Position numbers and translations under genes: made by a program | Shown: piece after piece, positions 18,258 to 28,430 of the stretch | How positions within the stretch are numbered: the first letter of the stretch is position 1 | How the letters are laid out: every line of letters begins with the position of its first letter | DNA from: an uncultured Candidatus Saccharibacteria bacterium | GTDB lineage: Bacteria > Patescibacteriota > WWE3 > UBA101185 > UBA10185 | DNA length: 64,000 nucleotides | Assembly (NCBI GenBank): GCA_964385105.1 | Contig: CAYLMU010000001.1 | Coordinates: 66,252-130,251 of the forward strand | Reading direction: 5' to 3' | The notes under the pieces: model-generated | Told to the model about the DNA's origin: nothing | Seen by the model: only the letters and a program-made list of their open reading frames with translations | The model's database searches: none

Positions 18258-19412
18258 ATGATTTTTTATTTTTCACTGTATTTTTCTAAATTAACAAATA
18301 TCTTAATTAGATTTTTAAAAAAAGGTGCCGGGCATACATTACCGGGTCATGTTTTTTTAAAGTTTAATCCTGAATTTTTAAGTTCAAAGAGAGTTCATTT
18401 TTCAAAAGGAATCATTTTAATTTCCGGAACTAATGGTAAAACTACAACATCCAAAATTGTTACACATTTACTTAAGTCACAAGGATTGAGAGTTTTGAAT
18501 AATGAGACAGGTGCCAATTTAGTAAACGGTATTACCTCATCTATTTTGTTAAATATGAACTGGAGAGGGAAGTTGCAGGCAAATGTTGCAGTACTTGAGG
18601 TGGATGAGTTTGCCGTGCCTTTGTTTTTAAATAAAATCACCCCCGACGTGGTTTTGTTGTTAAATCTTTCGCGTGACCAACTTGACAGGTTTGGCGAGAC
18701 GGATATTATTTTGGATAAGTGGATAAAAGCGCTCTCAAACCTTAATATTTCAACCAAACTTATATTAGACAGCACCGAAGAAAGTTTTAAAAAGCTTGAA
18801 GATGCTTTTCAAGGTACAACATTTTATTTTAACGATGATGTTGAAAATTTAAATCACACATCATTAAAAGGAATGTTTAATGCAAAAAATGTAAATGCTT
18901 CATTACAGGTATGTGAGGTTTTAGGTTATAAAAAAGACGATTTATTAAGCGATCTTGGAAATTTTGAATCTGCATATGGTAGAGGAGAAGTGGTTACTTA
19001 CAAAGGAAAAGAATTTCACATATTTTTAGCAAAAAATCCGGCGAGTTTTAATCATAATATTGATTTACTGAGTAGTTTTGACCCAAACAATACAGCACTT
19101 TTATTTGTACTTAATGATAATATCCCCGACGGACGTGATGTATCGTGGATTTATGACATAGACACTGCATCTTTAAGTCATTTTGTACCTGATTATTCAC
19201 ACATTTATATTTCAGGCACCAGATATCTTGATATGGCTATTAGATTGAGATATGCAAATGTACCCATTAACGAGTCACGTTGCGCTAAAGAAATTGAAAA
19301 AATCCTTAAACAGGTGGTTGAAAATAAAAAAATTAAGCATGTTTTGTTATTCCCTAATTACTCGGCAATGCTTGAGTCGCGTAAAATATTAACAGGAAAG
19401 GCTATTTTGTAA
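18258..19412 (+). CDS. murT: Lipid II isoglutaminyl synthase, Mur-ligase subunit (DUF1727)
   Basis: SGTNGKTTT, GANL..GI, LEVDE, NLSRDQLDRFGE, LAKNPA, DGRDVSWIYD, NYSAM. Confidence 0.9.
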   Translation: MIFYFSLYFSKLTNILIRFLKKGAGHTLPGHVFLKFNPEFLSSKRVHFSKGIILISGTNGKTTTSKIVTHLLKSQGLRVLNNETGANLVNGITSSILLNMNWRGKLQANVAVLEVDEFAVPLFLNKITPDVVLLLNLSRDQLDRFGETDIILDKWIKALSNLNISTKLILDSTEESFKKLEDAFQGTTFYFNDDVENLNHTSLKGMFNAKNVNASLQVCEVLGYKKDDLLSDLGNFESAYGRGEVVTYKGKEFHIFLAKNPASFNHNIDLLSSFDPNNTALLFVLNDNIPDGRDVSWIYDIDTASLSHFVPDYSHIYISGTRYLDMAIRLRYANVPINESRCAKEIEKILKQVVENKKIKHVLLFPNYSAMLESRKILTGKAIL

Positions 19413-20179
19413 TGAAACTCACAATCGGTTATTTTTATCCGGATCATCTTAATTTATACGGTGATAATGGAAATGTGGAAATTCTTTTACAACGGGCAAG
19501 ATGGCGTGGAATTGACACAGCTTTATATAAAATTAAGTTGGGAACAGTTTTAAATAATGAAATCATGAGCCATATCAATCTGATTTTTATGGGGGGAGGG
19601 CCTGACTCTCAACAAAAAAGTGTTTACGAAGACCTATTGCATAACAAAGGTGTTTATTTAAGAGAATATATTGAAAATGACGGTGTGGGTTTATTTATAT
19701 GCGGGTCGTATCAATTACTCGGGAAATATTATCAGGCCGCAGACGGCTCAAAACTTGAAGGCTTAGGTATATTTGACCTCTATACTCAGCATTTCGGTAA
19801 CCACAAACCACGTTGCATAGGAAATGTTGTAAGCGAACTAAACACTACGTTTAGGCATGACCCTGTGTTCAACCATTTGAATAAAATAGGTACCGGTTTG
19901 GTAGGTTTTGAAAATCATGGTGGGAGAACTTATTTAGGTGAAAGTGCGATACCTCTTGCAAAAATTATTCGAGGTTATGGCAATAACGGCGAAACTGAAG
20001 ACGAGGGAATTACTTACAAAAACTCAATAGGAACATATTTGCATGGCCCGATATTATCTAAAAACCCGCATTTAGCCGATTATCTTATTGCCACTGCAAT
20101 AAATAAAGACGAATTAGCTGAATTGGATGATAATTTAATTAAAAAAGCTCATTATGCAGCAAAAGAGCTTCCGCAATGA
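19412..20179 (+). CDS. gatD: Lipid II isoglutaminyl synthase, glutamine amidotransferase subunit
   Basis: YPDHLNLYGDNGN, MGGGPD, ICGSYQLLG, GFENHGG, GTYLHGPILSKNP; translationally coupled to murT. Confidence 0.92.
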   Translation: MKLTIGYFYPDHLNLYGDNGNVEILLQRARWRGIDTALYKIKLGTVLNNEIMSHINLIFMGGGPDSQQKSVYEDLLHNKGVYLREYIENDGVGLFICGSYQLLGKYYQAADGSKLEGLGIFDLYTQHFGNHKPRCIGNVVSELNTTFRHDPVFNHLNKIGTGLVGFENHGGRTYLGESAIPLAKIIRGYGNNGETEDEGITYKNSIGTYLHGPILSKNPHLADYLIATAINKDELAELDDNLIKKAHYAAKELPQ

Positions 20180-21438
20180 TTATAAATTTGGATAAAAAGC
20201 TTTTTTATATTTTAATTTTTTTACTTCCTGCTAATTTAGGCTATCACTTTGTGAGATCATGGTCTTATGTTGACGGTATTTTGATTGATTATTTAATACC
20301 CACCATATTTGTTCAGGATATTCTAGTTTTTTTGATACTTCTCATTTGGTTATTTCGAACCTTAATTAACCCACCACCCATTCACGACACTTCAGGATGG
20401 ATTTTTCGATGGTTATTCTTATTTTTATTTTGTGTCTTTATATCCATATTTATTTCGTATAACGTTTATGCTTCAATTTATGCTTTTTTGAGATTAATAC
20501 TTTATGCTTTGTTTTCAATTTATGTTTTGCATGCATTTGACTTTAATTTGGAATGGGAAAAAATGCTCAAAATTTTAGCTTTTAGCGTATTTTTTGTTTC
20601 AATTCTTGGGTTAATACAGTGGTTCAAACAAGGGGCTGTTTTTAATAATTATATTTTTTTCGGTGAACAACCTTATAATTCTTTAACTAACGGTATATCG
20701 AGGGAACACTTATTTAACAAGGTTTTTATTCCAGTTTACGGTACTTTCAGGCATCCTAATATTTTCGCCGGATTTTTGTGTGTAACCTTACTATGGTTTT
20801 ATATTCAATTTAGGCATTTGCATGCTTATAAAGCATTACTTGCTCTAGGAATTACTGTTTTATTTCTTACTTTTAGTTACATTGCTATATTTACGTTTTT
20901 AACAAGCATAATCTTTTATCATGCAATTAAAAAATACGGGTCAAAAATTTACAAATATTTATTTGTTTTTTTGTTGGTTTTTGCTTTAAGTTCAATCGCT
21001 TTACCCTATATAACAGATCGCTATTTTTCAAATTTTCCTTCTTTTTACAGAAGGGTTTATTTGCTTGAAAATTCACTTCAATATTTGAAACTGGGCTATT
21101 ATTTCGGCACGGGGATTAACACCAGTACAGAGTATGCTTTTGATAATGTGCAGTATTTTGGTGAAATGAAGTATTTGCAACCTGTACATAATGTTTTTGT
21201 ATTAATCTTAGTTGAGTCCGGAGTTTTTGCTTTGATATTTTTTATATTATTTATTATCTTTATATTTTTTGGTTTACATAATAGAAGTGATGATAAGACT
21301 ATATTGTTTCTATTAACCTTCTTTCAAATAATTTTACTTAGTTTGTTTGACCACTATTTGTACACAATACATCAAACATTTTTACTTTTTTGGTTGACTG
21401 TAGGATTTTACTTTGCGTATAATAAATCACTGCTATGA
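20176..21438 (+). CDS. O-antigen ligase/Wzy_C-family membrane protein
   Basis: About 11 TM; YGTFRHPNIFAGF, FGTG, QPVHNVF...ESG, LFDHY. Confidence 0.8.
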   Translation: MIINLDKKLFYILIFLLPANLGYHFVRSWSYVDGILIDYLIPTIFVQDILVFLILLIWLFRTLINPPPIHDTSGWIFRWLFLFLFCVFISIFISYNVYASIYAFLRLILYALFSIYVLHAFDFNLEWEKMLKILAFSVFFVSILGLIQWFKQGAVFNNYIFFGEQPYNSLTNGISREHLFNKVFIPVYGTFRHPNIFAGFLCVTLLWFYIQFRHLHAYKALLALGITVLFLTFSYIAIFTFLTSIIFYHAIKKYGSKIYKYLFVFLLVFALSSIALPYITDRYFSNFPSFYRRVYLLENSLQYLKLGYYFGTGINTSTEYAFDNVQYFGEMKYLQPVHNVFVLILVESGVFALIFFILFIIFIFFGLHNRSDDKTILFLLTFFQIILLSLFDHYLYTIHQTFLLFWLTVGFYFAYNKSLL

Positions 21439-22736
21439 ATAGTAAAATTAAAACACTTGCCCTTCTTTTAATAATTCCTTTTGTATTAACAGCTTGTACT
21501 CTTCAGGAAACATTACAAAAATTGCCGATTATAGGTGAGCGGTTTGGCGCAAATGCAGGGCCGGTTACTATGAACGCGTGGGGACTATGGGAAAATGCCG
21601 ATGTAATTAACGAACTGATTTCAAATTATACTCAAGCTAACCCCGATGTAACGATTGTTTACGAAGATAGATCTGTTATGGACCCCCTTGAATACAAAGA
21701 AAGAATTTACACCCGATTTCAGGAAGAAAGTACTGACATAGATTTTGCACTTGTTCATAACAGCTGGGTACCTTCTTTAGTACCGTTTCTTGAGCCGGCA
21801 CCTGCAAGTTTAATAAATGCACAAACTTATGAGCAGAAATATTATCCTTCGGCTATAGCATCAGGTGTGTTTAACGGACAAGTTTATGCAATTCCTGCCT
21901 ATTATGACGGCTTAGTGCTTGTATATAATAAATCCCATTTTGATGAAATCGGTCAATCCACACCTCCTACGGCATGGGAAGAATTTAGAAGACTTGCACT
22001 TGAATTAACTATAAGAACTGATGATGGTGCAGGTTTGCTTAGAGGAGGTGCTGCCATAGGTACCGCCGATAACGTAACCCATTTTTCAGATATTTTGGGT
22101 TTAATGTGGTCACAAGCAGGTGTGGAGATACCATCTGAAATAGCCACAGTACCTGCAGCTGACGCACTAACTTATTACACTAATTTTGTACGTGAAGATG
22201 GAGTATGGAGTTCAAACATGCCTAAAGATACCGAAGCTTTTGTTCAAGGTAGAGCATCCATGGTTTTTGTTCCATCATGGCAATTATTAGACATAATTGA
22301 AAATATACCCAATATTGACGATGTTGGCGTAGCCCCCGTGCCACAAGCACTGCTCGAATCTCCGGCTTCATGGGGAAGTTTTTGGATGTATGTGGTTCCT
22401 AAAAACACAGCTAAGTCTGCAGCAGCATGGCAGTATCTCACTTATTTGTCACAGGAAGAAACGGAGTTGTTCTATTTTAACCAGGCATCCCAGGTAAGAT
22501 TATTCGGTGCGCCGTTTGCCAATAAAAATCTGGCCACTGATATGAATAACCCGTTTTTAAGACCGATACTGTCAACAGCACCTTATTCATTCAGTGCAGA
22601 AATAACAGCACGCTCGGGTAATAGACGACAAGTTGATGCTTTAAGAAATGCGGTTAATGCAGTGCTTTCTAACAGAGGAACTTCTTCAAATTCAGAAAGT
22701 GCTTTAACCACGGCTTTATCTGAAATAGGACAATAA
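21435..22736 (+). CDS. Extracellular solute-binding lipoprotein (family 1, carbohydrate-type)
   Basis: Lipobox LTAC; GQVYAIP...LVYNK..F...PPTAWEE; EAFVQGRASM. No permease genes adjacent. Confidence 0.85.
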   Translation: MNSKIKTLALLLIIPFVLTACTLQETLQKLPIIGERFGANAGPVTMNAWGLWENADVINELISNYTQANPDVTIVYEDRSVMDPLEYKERIYTRFQEESTDIDFALVHNSWVPSLVPFLEPAPASLINAQTYEQKYYPSAIASGVFNGQVYAIPAYYDGLVLVYNKSHFDEIGQSTPPTAWEEFRRLALELTIRTDDGAGLLRGGAAIGTADNVTHFSDILGLMWSQAGVEIPSEIATVPAADALTYYTNFVREDGVWSSNMPKDTEAFVQGRASMVFVPSWQLLDIIENIPNIDDVGVAPVPQALLESPASWGSFWMYVVPKNTAKSAAAWQYLTYLSQEETELFYFNQASQVRLFGAPFANKNLATDMNNPFLRPILSTAPYSFSAEITARSGNRRQVDALRNAVNAVLSNRGTSSNSESALTTALSEIGQ

Positions 22737-22740
22737 AAAA

Positions 22741-23202
22741 TTATTCAATCTTGAGAATTGTGTAAGTAACTTTTCCAATAGGTGCATCTACATCAATTTT
22801 ATCACCTACTTTTTTACCCAATAATGATGCACCAAGAGGTGACTCGTGTGATATTTTCTTTTCTATAGGATTAGCTTCAAGAGCACCCACTATATGAAAT
22901 TCTTCTTCATCTCCCTCAATGTGTACAACAACTTTTGAACCGACATAAACTTCACCATTACCGTTAGAATCAGAAACAATTTCCGAGTGTTTTATTATAT
23001 CTTCAAGTTCCTTTATCTTACCTTCAATCACAGCCTGCTCATGTTTTGCTGCATCATACTCTGCATTTTCAGAGATATCCCCAAGGTCTCTTGCAAGTTT
23101 GATCCTTTTTGCAATTTCCGGAACTTTAACATCTCTTAGCTCCGACAACTCGGCTTTTAATTTGTTCAACCCATCTTTAGTTATATATAATTTATCTTTC
23201 AT
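22741..23202 (-). CDS. greA: Transcription elongation factor GreA
   Basis: GDISENAEYDAAK, KISHESPLG. Confidence 0.97.
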   Translation of the reverse strand: MKDKLYITKDGLNKLKAELSELRDVKVPEIAKRIKLARDLGDISENAEYDAAKHEQAVIEGKIKELEDIIKHSEIVSDSNGNGEVYVGSKVVVHIEGDEEEFHIVGALEANPIEKKISHESPLGASLLGKKVGDKIDVDAPIGKVTYTILKIE

Positions 23203-23219
23203 ATTTCTTTCTTTAAGCT

Positions 23220-23265
23220 AAAATAAAAAATAAAAGACCTCCAAAAATATGTGTAAGGTCTTTTA
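23220..23265 (-). terminator. Intrinsic terminator-like hairpin in the greA 5' leader
   Basis: 10-bp inverted repeat TAAAAGACCT 23231-23240 / AGGTCTTTTA 23256-23265, followed on the minus strand by TTTTTTATTTT. Confidence 0.65.
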
Positions 23266-23274
23266 GCTTTTACA

Positions 23275-23303
23275 ATCCTAGCACTTTGATTGTTTCTTGT
23301 CAA
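23275..23303 (-). promoter_or_regulatory. Sigma70 promoter of greA
   Basis: Minus strand TTGACA (23303-23298), 17 bp spacer, TAGGAT (23280-23275) with a TG extension. Confidence 0.7.
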
Positions 23304-23362
23304 AGTTGCTGTAAACCCCTATACTAATTGATAATTAGCGAAATTTATGATTTTAGCTGCCC

Positions 23363-26300
23363 ATGCCTGATCAAAGTGTTATCAAAAAAACATCCCTTTC
23401 ACCTACTGTGTTAATTGTTGGAGGAGCAGGGTTCATAGGATCTCATTTATCTGAAACTTTACTTGCAAACAATGCACGTGTGGTTGTTATTGACAATTTC
23501 AGTACAGGTAAAGATATTTATGTAAACTCTCTTCTTAATAACCCTAAATTTGCTTTATATAACGCTGATATAAATGTTGCATTACCAAAAGAACTTGAAA
23601 GTGTTGATTATGTTTTTCATTTGGCAGGGCTTGAAACTTATTTATTTGATAAGGAATTTATTAATTTAGATTCTTTGCTCACAAATGCATTGGGTACAAA
23701 AAATATTTTGGATTTTACACACAAGTCAAATGCAAAATTTTTACTCGCTTCATCAGTTGATGTTTATAAAGGTTTAATTTCACCAATTGATTTAGATCAT
23801 TATTTTGGCCCAACAAATGAGGAAGAAAAAAAATATTCACTTACCGAAGCAAAAAGATACGCTGAAGCACTAGTTTGGGAATATTACAAAAAATATTCTC
23901 TTGATGTACGAATTGCTCGATTCCCTGAAGTTTATGGTCCCCGAATGAATTTAGCTGCTTCGGGAAATTTAGGGTCGTTATTACATAATTTAATGGAAAA
24001 TAAGGATTTAGTAGTATACGGGGACGGTGTTGATAAAGAGTATTATTTATATATTTCGGATGCGATTAATGGTTTGGTAAAAGCTTTATTCACCGAACAC
24101 ACCGAAGGGAAAATTTTTACTTTTGCACCAAAAACACCACATACCGTGCTTGAAGTAACGTATGTCATAAAAAGCCTTGCCGATGCTGAGCCCCGAGTAG
24201 TATTTAAGACAAAAACCAAAGGCATTAAACCACTTGGGCCTAAAGAGCATGACACAACAACTCTTAAAGATATTCAGTGGGAAGCAAAGGTTGAGCTTAA
24301 AAGCGGATTAGTTAAAACTTTGGAATGGTTTGGTTATAAACCTAATGAGCATTCGTTTAAACCAAGCAAATTAATTGAACAAAAAAGCAATGAAAAAGTT
24401 CAAAGTTTGCACGAGCCTAATATTGAGACTGTAACCTCAATTATAGCCCAAGAAGAAGAAAAAGCTCCTGTTAGAGTGATTCCAAGCCCGGAACCGGAGG
24501 TAAAAGTAAGAAAAAATAATTTTAAACTTCCAAAAATAAAGCTACCTTCAACATCTTTGCCTAAATTTAAAAAAACAAAAATTTTCATATCTAATACTTC
24601 AATTAATGAAAGTAAACCAAAACAAATGCTTGGAAAATTTACTTTAGCATCAGTGTTTTTGTTTTCACTGGCAGTGTTAATTTTTATTGTGGTACCGTTT
24701 ATTCAAACATATGTACATACGCAAAAAGGTATAAAAAGTTTAAAGAACGTAGAAGCGTCTCTTGTGCGGCTTGAGTCCTCAGAAGCACAAAAACTTTCAA
24801 ATGAAGCATACCGTGAGTTCTACAAGGCTCAAAAATCGTTTAAAAGCTTAGGGTGGTTGTTTAAAGTTGCAGGAAAAGAAACAATGTTTCACGATTTACA
24901 ACGGGTGTTGAGTTCGGCAGGATACTCTTCAAAATCTGTGTATTACTTATCTAAAGGGTCAAAACCTTTTATACTTTTTTGGGATACAGTAAAGCCAAAC
25001 TCACAAGTTCCTTTTGATGAACAGGCTTTTGCTTCTGCCAAAAGTGATTTTTTGAGTGCCAAAGAAAACCTTAAATTTGCCGAGGCAGACTTATCTCAGG
25101 TAAATGTCGCAAATTTACCCAGTGAAGTAAAAGAATATAAAGAAATAGTTACTTATTTGTCATCCCAGATTGATGTATTAACAAGTCTTTCTGAAGGTCT
25201 GCCCGACCTCGTAGGCATGGATCGGGAAAAAACTTACATAGTTTTATTTCAGAATTCAAATGAAATTAGACCCACAGGAGGATTTATAGGGTCGTACGCC
25301 ACATTAAAGTTAAAAGAAGGTCGTATCTCTGATTTAATTATTGATGATATTTATAATCCTGATGGCCAAATTGATTTGCGCGGCATTGAAGTGGAATCTC
25401 CGGCTCCAATAAAAACCTTTTTAGAGGAAGATTTTATGCACATAAGAAATGCCAACTGGAATCCGGATTTTCCCACAAGTGCACGTACTATAGAAGACTT
25501 ATTTTATAGAGTGAACGGACAGCGCGTCGACGGGGTAATAGCTATAGACCTGTACTTTATAGAAAATATTCTAAAAATAACAGGGCCTGTTTATTTAACT
25601 GCATATAATGAAGAAATAACGGCCGAAAACTTGTATGAAAGAGCACAATTTCACAGCGAATTTAATTATGAGGACGGTTCAGATCAAAAAAGGTCATTTT
25701 TAACCGTATTGGGCGGTAAAGTGCTTGAAAAACTGTTTTCACTTGAAAATGAGCAGGTATACAAATTGGCTTTAGAAACACAAAATTCTTTGAATGAAAA
25801 ACATTTACTGGTTTATGTGCCAAATAACGATATAAACGTATTTTTGGACGAAAAGGGTTGGAATGGAAAAATAATGGCTCCGGAAGAGAGTGATTATTTA
25901 TATGTGGTTAATGCCAATTTAGGTGGAACAAAAGCCAATTACTATGTAAAACAAAGTATGGAGTATCAGATTGTTTCGGCAACCAGAGACGGATTGCTAA
26001 GAGCTGAATTGACTTTAAATTACGACCATACTGGTGAAGATAGCACATGGCCAGGAGGTCCTTATACAGATTATGTACGAGTACTAACGCCAAAAGGAAC
26101 AAAAATTACAAGTGCCAAAATAACATTTAGTGACGGTACAGAGGAGGATATTTTTTCTGAAGTATTAGAAGAAGAAGGAAATGTATTTAAATCGTATGCT
26201 ATGGGATTTGTTTTACAGCCCAAGCAACAAGCTGTAGTAAAACTGGGATATGACCTTCCAGAGAGTATGCTTTTAACCAAAGACAAGCAGGATTATAAGT

Positions 26301-26473
26301 TGTATTGGCAAAAGCAACCAGGAACCAACAATGATAATGTTAAATTTAAATTCAACGCACCGTTTGGTATTAGGGTTGTAGATACTGTTCCGCAAATGCA
26401 GCTAGGAGAAAATTCGGCTGAATTAAACACTACATTTAATCGGGATTTACTAATTGACTTAAATATGGAATAA
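23363..26473 (+). CDS. Fusion: NAD-dependent epimerase/dehydratase-like (UDP-GlcA decarboxylase-like) domain + TM + DUF4012
   Basis: N-terminal GGAGFIGSH, DNFSTG, FHLA, VYGPRM, VYGDG; TM at about residues 425-447; C-terminal LFQNSNEIRPTGGFIGSY, NANWNPDFP, NLGGTKAN, QKQPG. Confidence 0.8.
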   Translation: MPDQSVIKKTSLSPTVLIVGGAGFIGSHLSETLLANNARVVVIDNFSTGKDIYVNSLLNNPKFALYNADINVALPKELESVDYVFHLAGLETYLFDKEFINLDSLLTNALGTKNILDFTHKSNAKFLLASSVDVYKGLISPIDLDHYFGPTNEEEKKYSLTEAKRYAEALVWEYYKKYSLDVRIARFPEVYGPRMNLAASGNLGSLLHNLMENKDLVVYGDGVDKEYYLYISDAINGLVKALFTEHTEGKIFTFAPKTPHTVLEVTYVIKSLADAEPRVVFKTKTKGIKPLGPKEHDTTTLKDIQWEAKVELKSGLVKTLEWFGYKPNEHSFKPSKLIEQKSNEKVQSLHEPNIETVTSIIAQEEEKAPVRVIPSPEPEVKVRKNNFKLPKIKLPSTSLPKFKKTKIFISNTSINESKPKQMLGKFTLASVFLFSLAVLIFIVVPFIQTYVHTQKGIKSLKNVEASLVRLESSEAQKLSNEAYREFYKAQKSFKSLGWLFKVAGKETMFHDLQRVLSSAGYSSKSVYYLSKGSKPFILFWDTVKPNSQVPFDEQAFASAKSDFLSAKENLKFAEADLSQVNVANLPSEVKEYKEIVTYLSSQIDVLTSLSEGLPDLVGMDREKTYIVLFQNSNEIRPTGGFIGSYATLKLKEGRISDLIIDDIYNPDGQIDLRGIEVESPAPIKTFLEEDFMHIRNANWNPDFPTSARTIEDLFYRVNGQRVDGVIAIDLYFIENILKITGPVYLTAYNEEITAENLYERAQFHSEFNYEDGSDQKRSFLTVLGGKVLEKLFSLENEQVYKLALETQNSLNEKHLLVYVPNNDINVFLDEKGWNGKIMAPEESDYLYVVNANLGGTKANYYVKQSMEYQIVSATRDGLLRAELTLNYDHTGEDSTWPGGPYTDYVRVLTPKGTKITSAKITFSDGTEEDIFSEVLEEEGNVFKSYAMGFVLQPKQQAVVKLGYDLPESMLLTKDKQDYKLYWQKQPGTNNDNVKFKFNAPFGIRVVDTVPQMQLGENSAELNTTFNRDLLIDLNME

Positions 26474-26538
26474 ATTTATTTACTTGCATAAGAGAGGCTT
26501 AGATTGTAGAATCTTTGTGCTTAGGTATAATAAGCTAA

Positions 26539-26883
26539 ATGATATTAAGCACTAATCTTAAAATTCATCTGTCCAAAGCTTTCTGTCCCAAGTGCGGAAG
26601 CAGTTTGGATACTGCAAAGCTTGTGCCGCTAACTGAAATGCCTCTTGGTGTTTTGGCACATGCAGTATGCATAAAATGTAAGTCTGAAAATATGGTAAGA
26701 ATTACGTCTATGGGGGCAGGGGTTATGCCTTTAGTTTCTGATTTACAAGGCACTGAGGTTAAAAAGTTTGTTAATACCGGTAATGTATCATTTGGAGAAA
26801 TTATTGAGCTTCACAAAAAGCTTTCAAAAGAATCAATATGCAACTTATTGCGGAACAAAGAACAACGTTCGGAAAAAATTTAA
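26539..26883 (+). CDS. Small zinc-ribbon hypothetical protein
   Basis: CPKC...CIKC; TATAAT 7 nt upstream of the ATG; overlaps the rplY start. Confidence 0.65.
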   Translation: MILSTNLKIHLSKAFCPKCGSSLDTAKLVPLTEMPLGVLAHAVCIKCKSENMVRITSMGAGVMPLVSDLQGTEVKKFVNTGNVSFGEIIELHKKLSKESICNLLRNKEQRSEKI

Positions 26884-27509
26884 ATAAATTAAGAAATGCA
26901 CATAAAATTCCTGGTGTAATATTTGGAAAAAATGTTGACTCTACGCCGGTTTCGGTAGATAGAAATGCTTTTATTAAAACTTTTAGACAATCAGGTGAAA
27001 CAAGTTTGGTTGACTTAAAACTTGGAAGCGATATAAGTAAAGTTTTAATAAAAGAGGTGCAATTTCATCCCGTTACATCAGAGGTGTTGCATGTAAATTT
27101 TCACAAAGTAAACCTTAAAGAAAAAATTGAAGCCAATATACCGGTAGAAATGATTGGTGATGAAACAAATGCGCTGGTAAAAAGCGGAGAAGCTGTGCCT
27201 TTGCTTATATTAAACGAAATTACAATAGAAGCATTGCCAACAGATTTGCTTGATAAATTTACAATCGATATTTCAGGATTAAAAGAAGTTGGTGACAGTA
27301 TTACAATAGCCGATCTCAAATACGATAAAAGCAAAATAGAATTAGTGGATTATGAGGAGACTGATATTATTGCTAAACTAGACTATCCGATGACCGAAGA
27401 AGAAGATGAAGGGGAGATCTCTGAAGAAGATGCTATTGCTGCAATCGAGGCCTCAGAAGAGTCCAAAGAAGATGAAGATGAAGGCACTGAAGACGATACT
27501 CAACAATGA
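26838..27509 (+). CDS. rplY: 50S ribosomal protein L25 / Ctc (long form, acidic tail)
   Basis: KLRNAHKIPGVIFG, VLIKEVQFHPV...LHVNF, IEALPTDL, DISGL.EVGDSI. Confidence 0.93.
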   Translation: MQLIAEQRTTFGKNLNKLRNAHKIPGVIFGKNVDSTPVSVDRNAFIKTFRQSGETSLVDLKLGSDISKVLIKEVQFHPVTSEVLHVNFHKVNLKEKIEANIPVEMIGDETNALVKSGEAVPLLILNEITIEALPTDLLDKFTIDISGLKEVGDSITIADLKYDKSKIELVDYEETDIIAKLDYPMTEEEDEGEISEEDAIAAIEASEESKEDEDEGTEDDTQQ

Positions 27510-27557
27510 CATCGTAATTTGACCTTTCAACAAGATTATTATATATATAAAATACTC

Positions 27558-28430
27558 ATGAGAAAACTCATAATAACTATTCTACCCGTTGTAGTGTTAT
27601 CAATTTTATTTAGTACAAAAGTTACTTTTAAGATTTCTTTTGCTGAGGAAACCTTACAAAATATAAAGTCAAACCAATCAAATGGATTGGACGAAGAACT
27701 TACTCAACAATTAAAGGATAAATATGCTGAAATGGTTAAAGTCTGTGAATCCACGGACGACAATGAAGCGTGTAATGAAGCGCTTAAAGAAACATTGCAA
27801 GGTTTAAAATCTTTGGCATTGGAGCGCATGGAAGGCTCATATAAAAGAACCGAAAATATGGTCGAACGTCTGAAAGCTACACGTGTTTTATCTGAAAAAG
27901 AGCAGATACTTGTCGATGAAACTCTTAATAATCACACCAATTTGGTAAATTACTATACTAATAAAATTGAAAATGCAAAAACACTTGAAGAACTTAATCA
28001 CATTTACCAAGAAAAAATAAATAACAATGATTTAAGAACTGAAATTCGTGAGTTAAATGTACGAAGAACGAATGTAGGATATTTAAACATTGAAATTTTT
28101 ATAAATCGATTAAATGATTTTATAATTCGGGTTGAATCCGAAACAGCGGCAGCAAAAGATTGGGGACATAATACATCAGATGTTGAAAAAAATATAACGT
28201 TAGCTAAAGAAAAGATTTTATTGGCACAAGATATTTTTAATCAGAATTTTAGTGCCTTGGAAGCAGAAATTAATCAAAAGAAATTTACCGATGTTGAAGA
28301 TTCAATAACCCAATTATTGAAAGCAAAAGATTTATTGATAGAGGCAAAAAATGACCTCCAAAAGGCAACTGAGGAATTAAATTCTTTGTATAGAGTATCA
28401 GCTTGGGAAACTCAAGAAAATGCAGAGTAA
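27558..28430 (+). CDS. Exported coiled-coil hypothetical protein (probable start 27558)
   Basis: MRKLIITILPVVVLSILF signal/anchor, one Cys pair, all-helical heptads. Confidence 0.65.
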   Translation: MRKLIITILPVVVLSILFSTKVTFKISFAEETLQNIKSNQSNGLDEELTQQLKDKYAEMVKVCESTDDNEACNEALKETLQGLKSLALERMEGSYKRTENMVERLKATRVLSEKEQILVDETLNNHTNLVNYYTNKIENAKTLEELNHIYQEKINNNDLRTEIRELNVRRTNVGYLNIEIFINRLNDFIIRVESETAAAKDWGHNTSDVEKNITLAKEKILLAQDIFNQNFSALEAEINQKKFTDVEDSITQLLKAKDLLIEAKNDLQKATEELNSLYRVSAWETQENAE

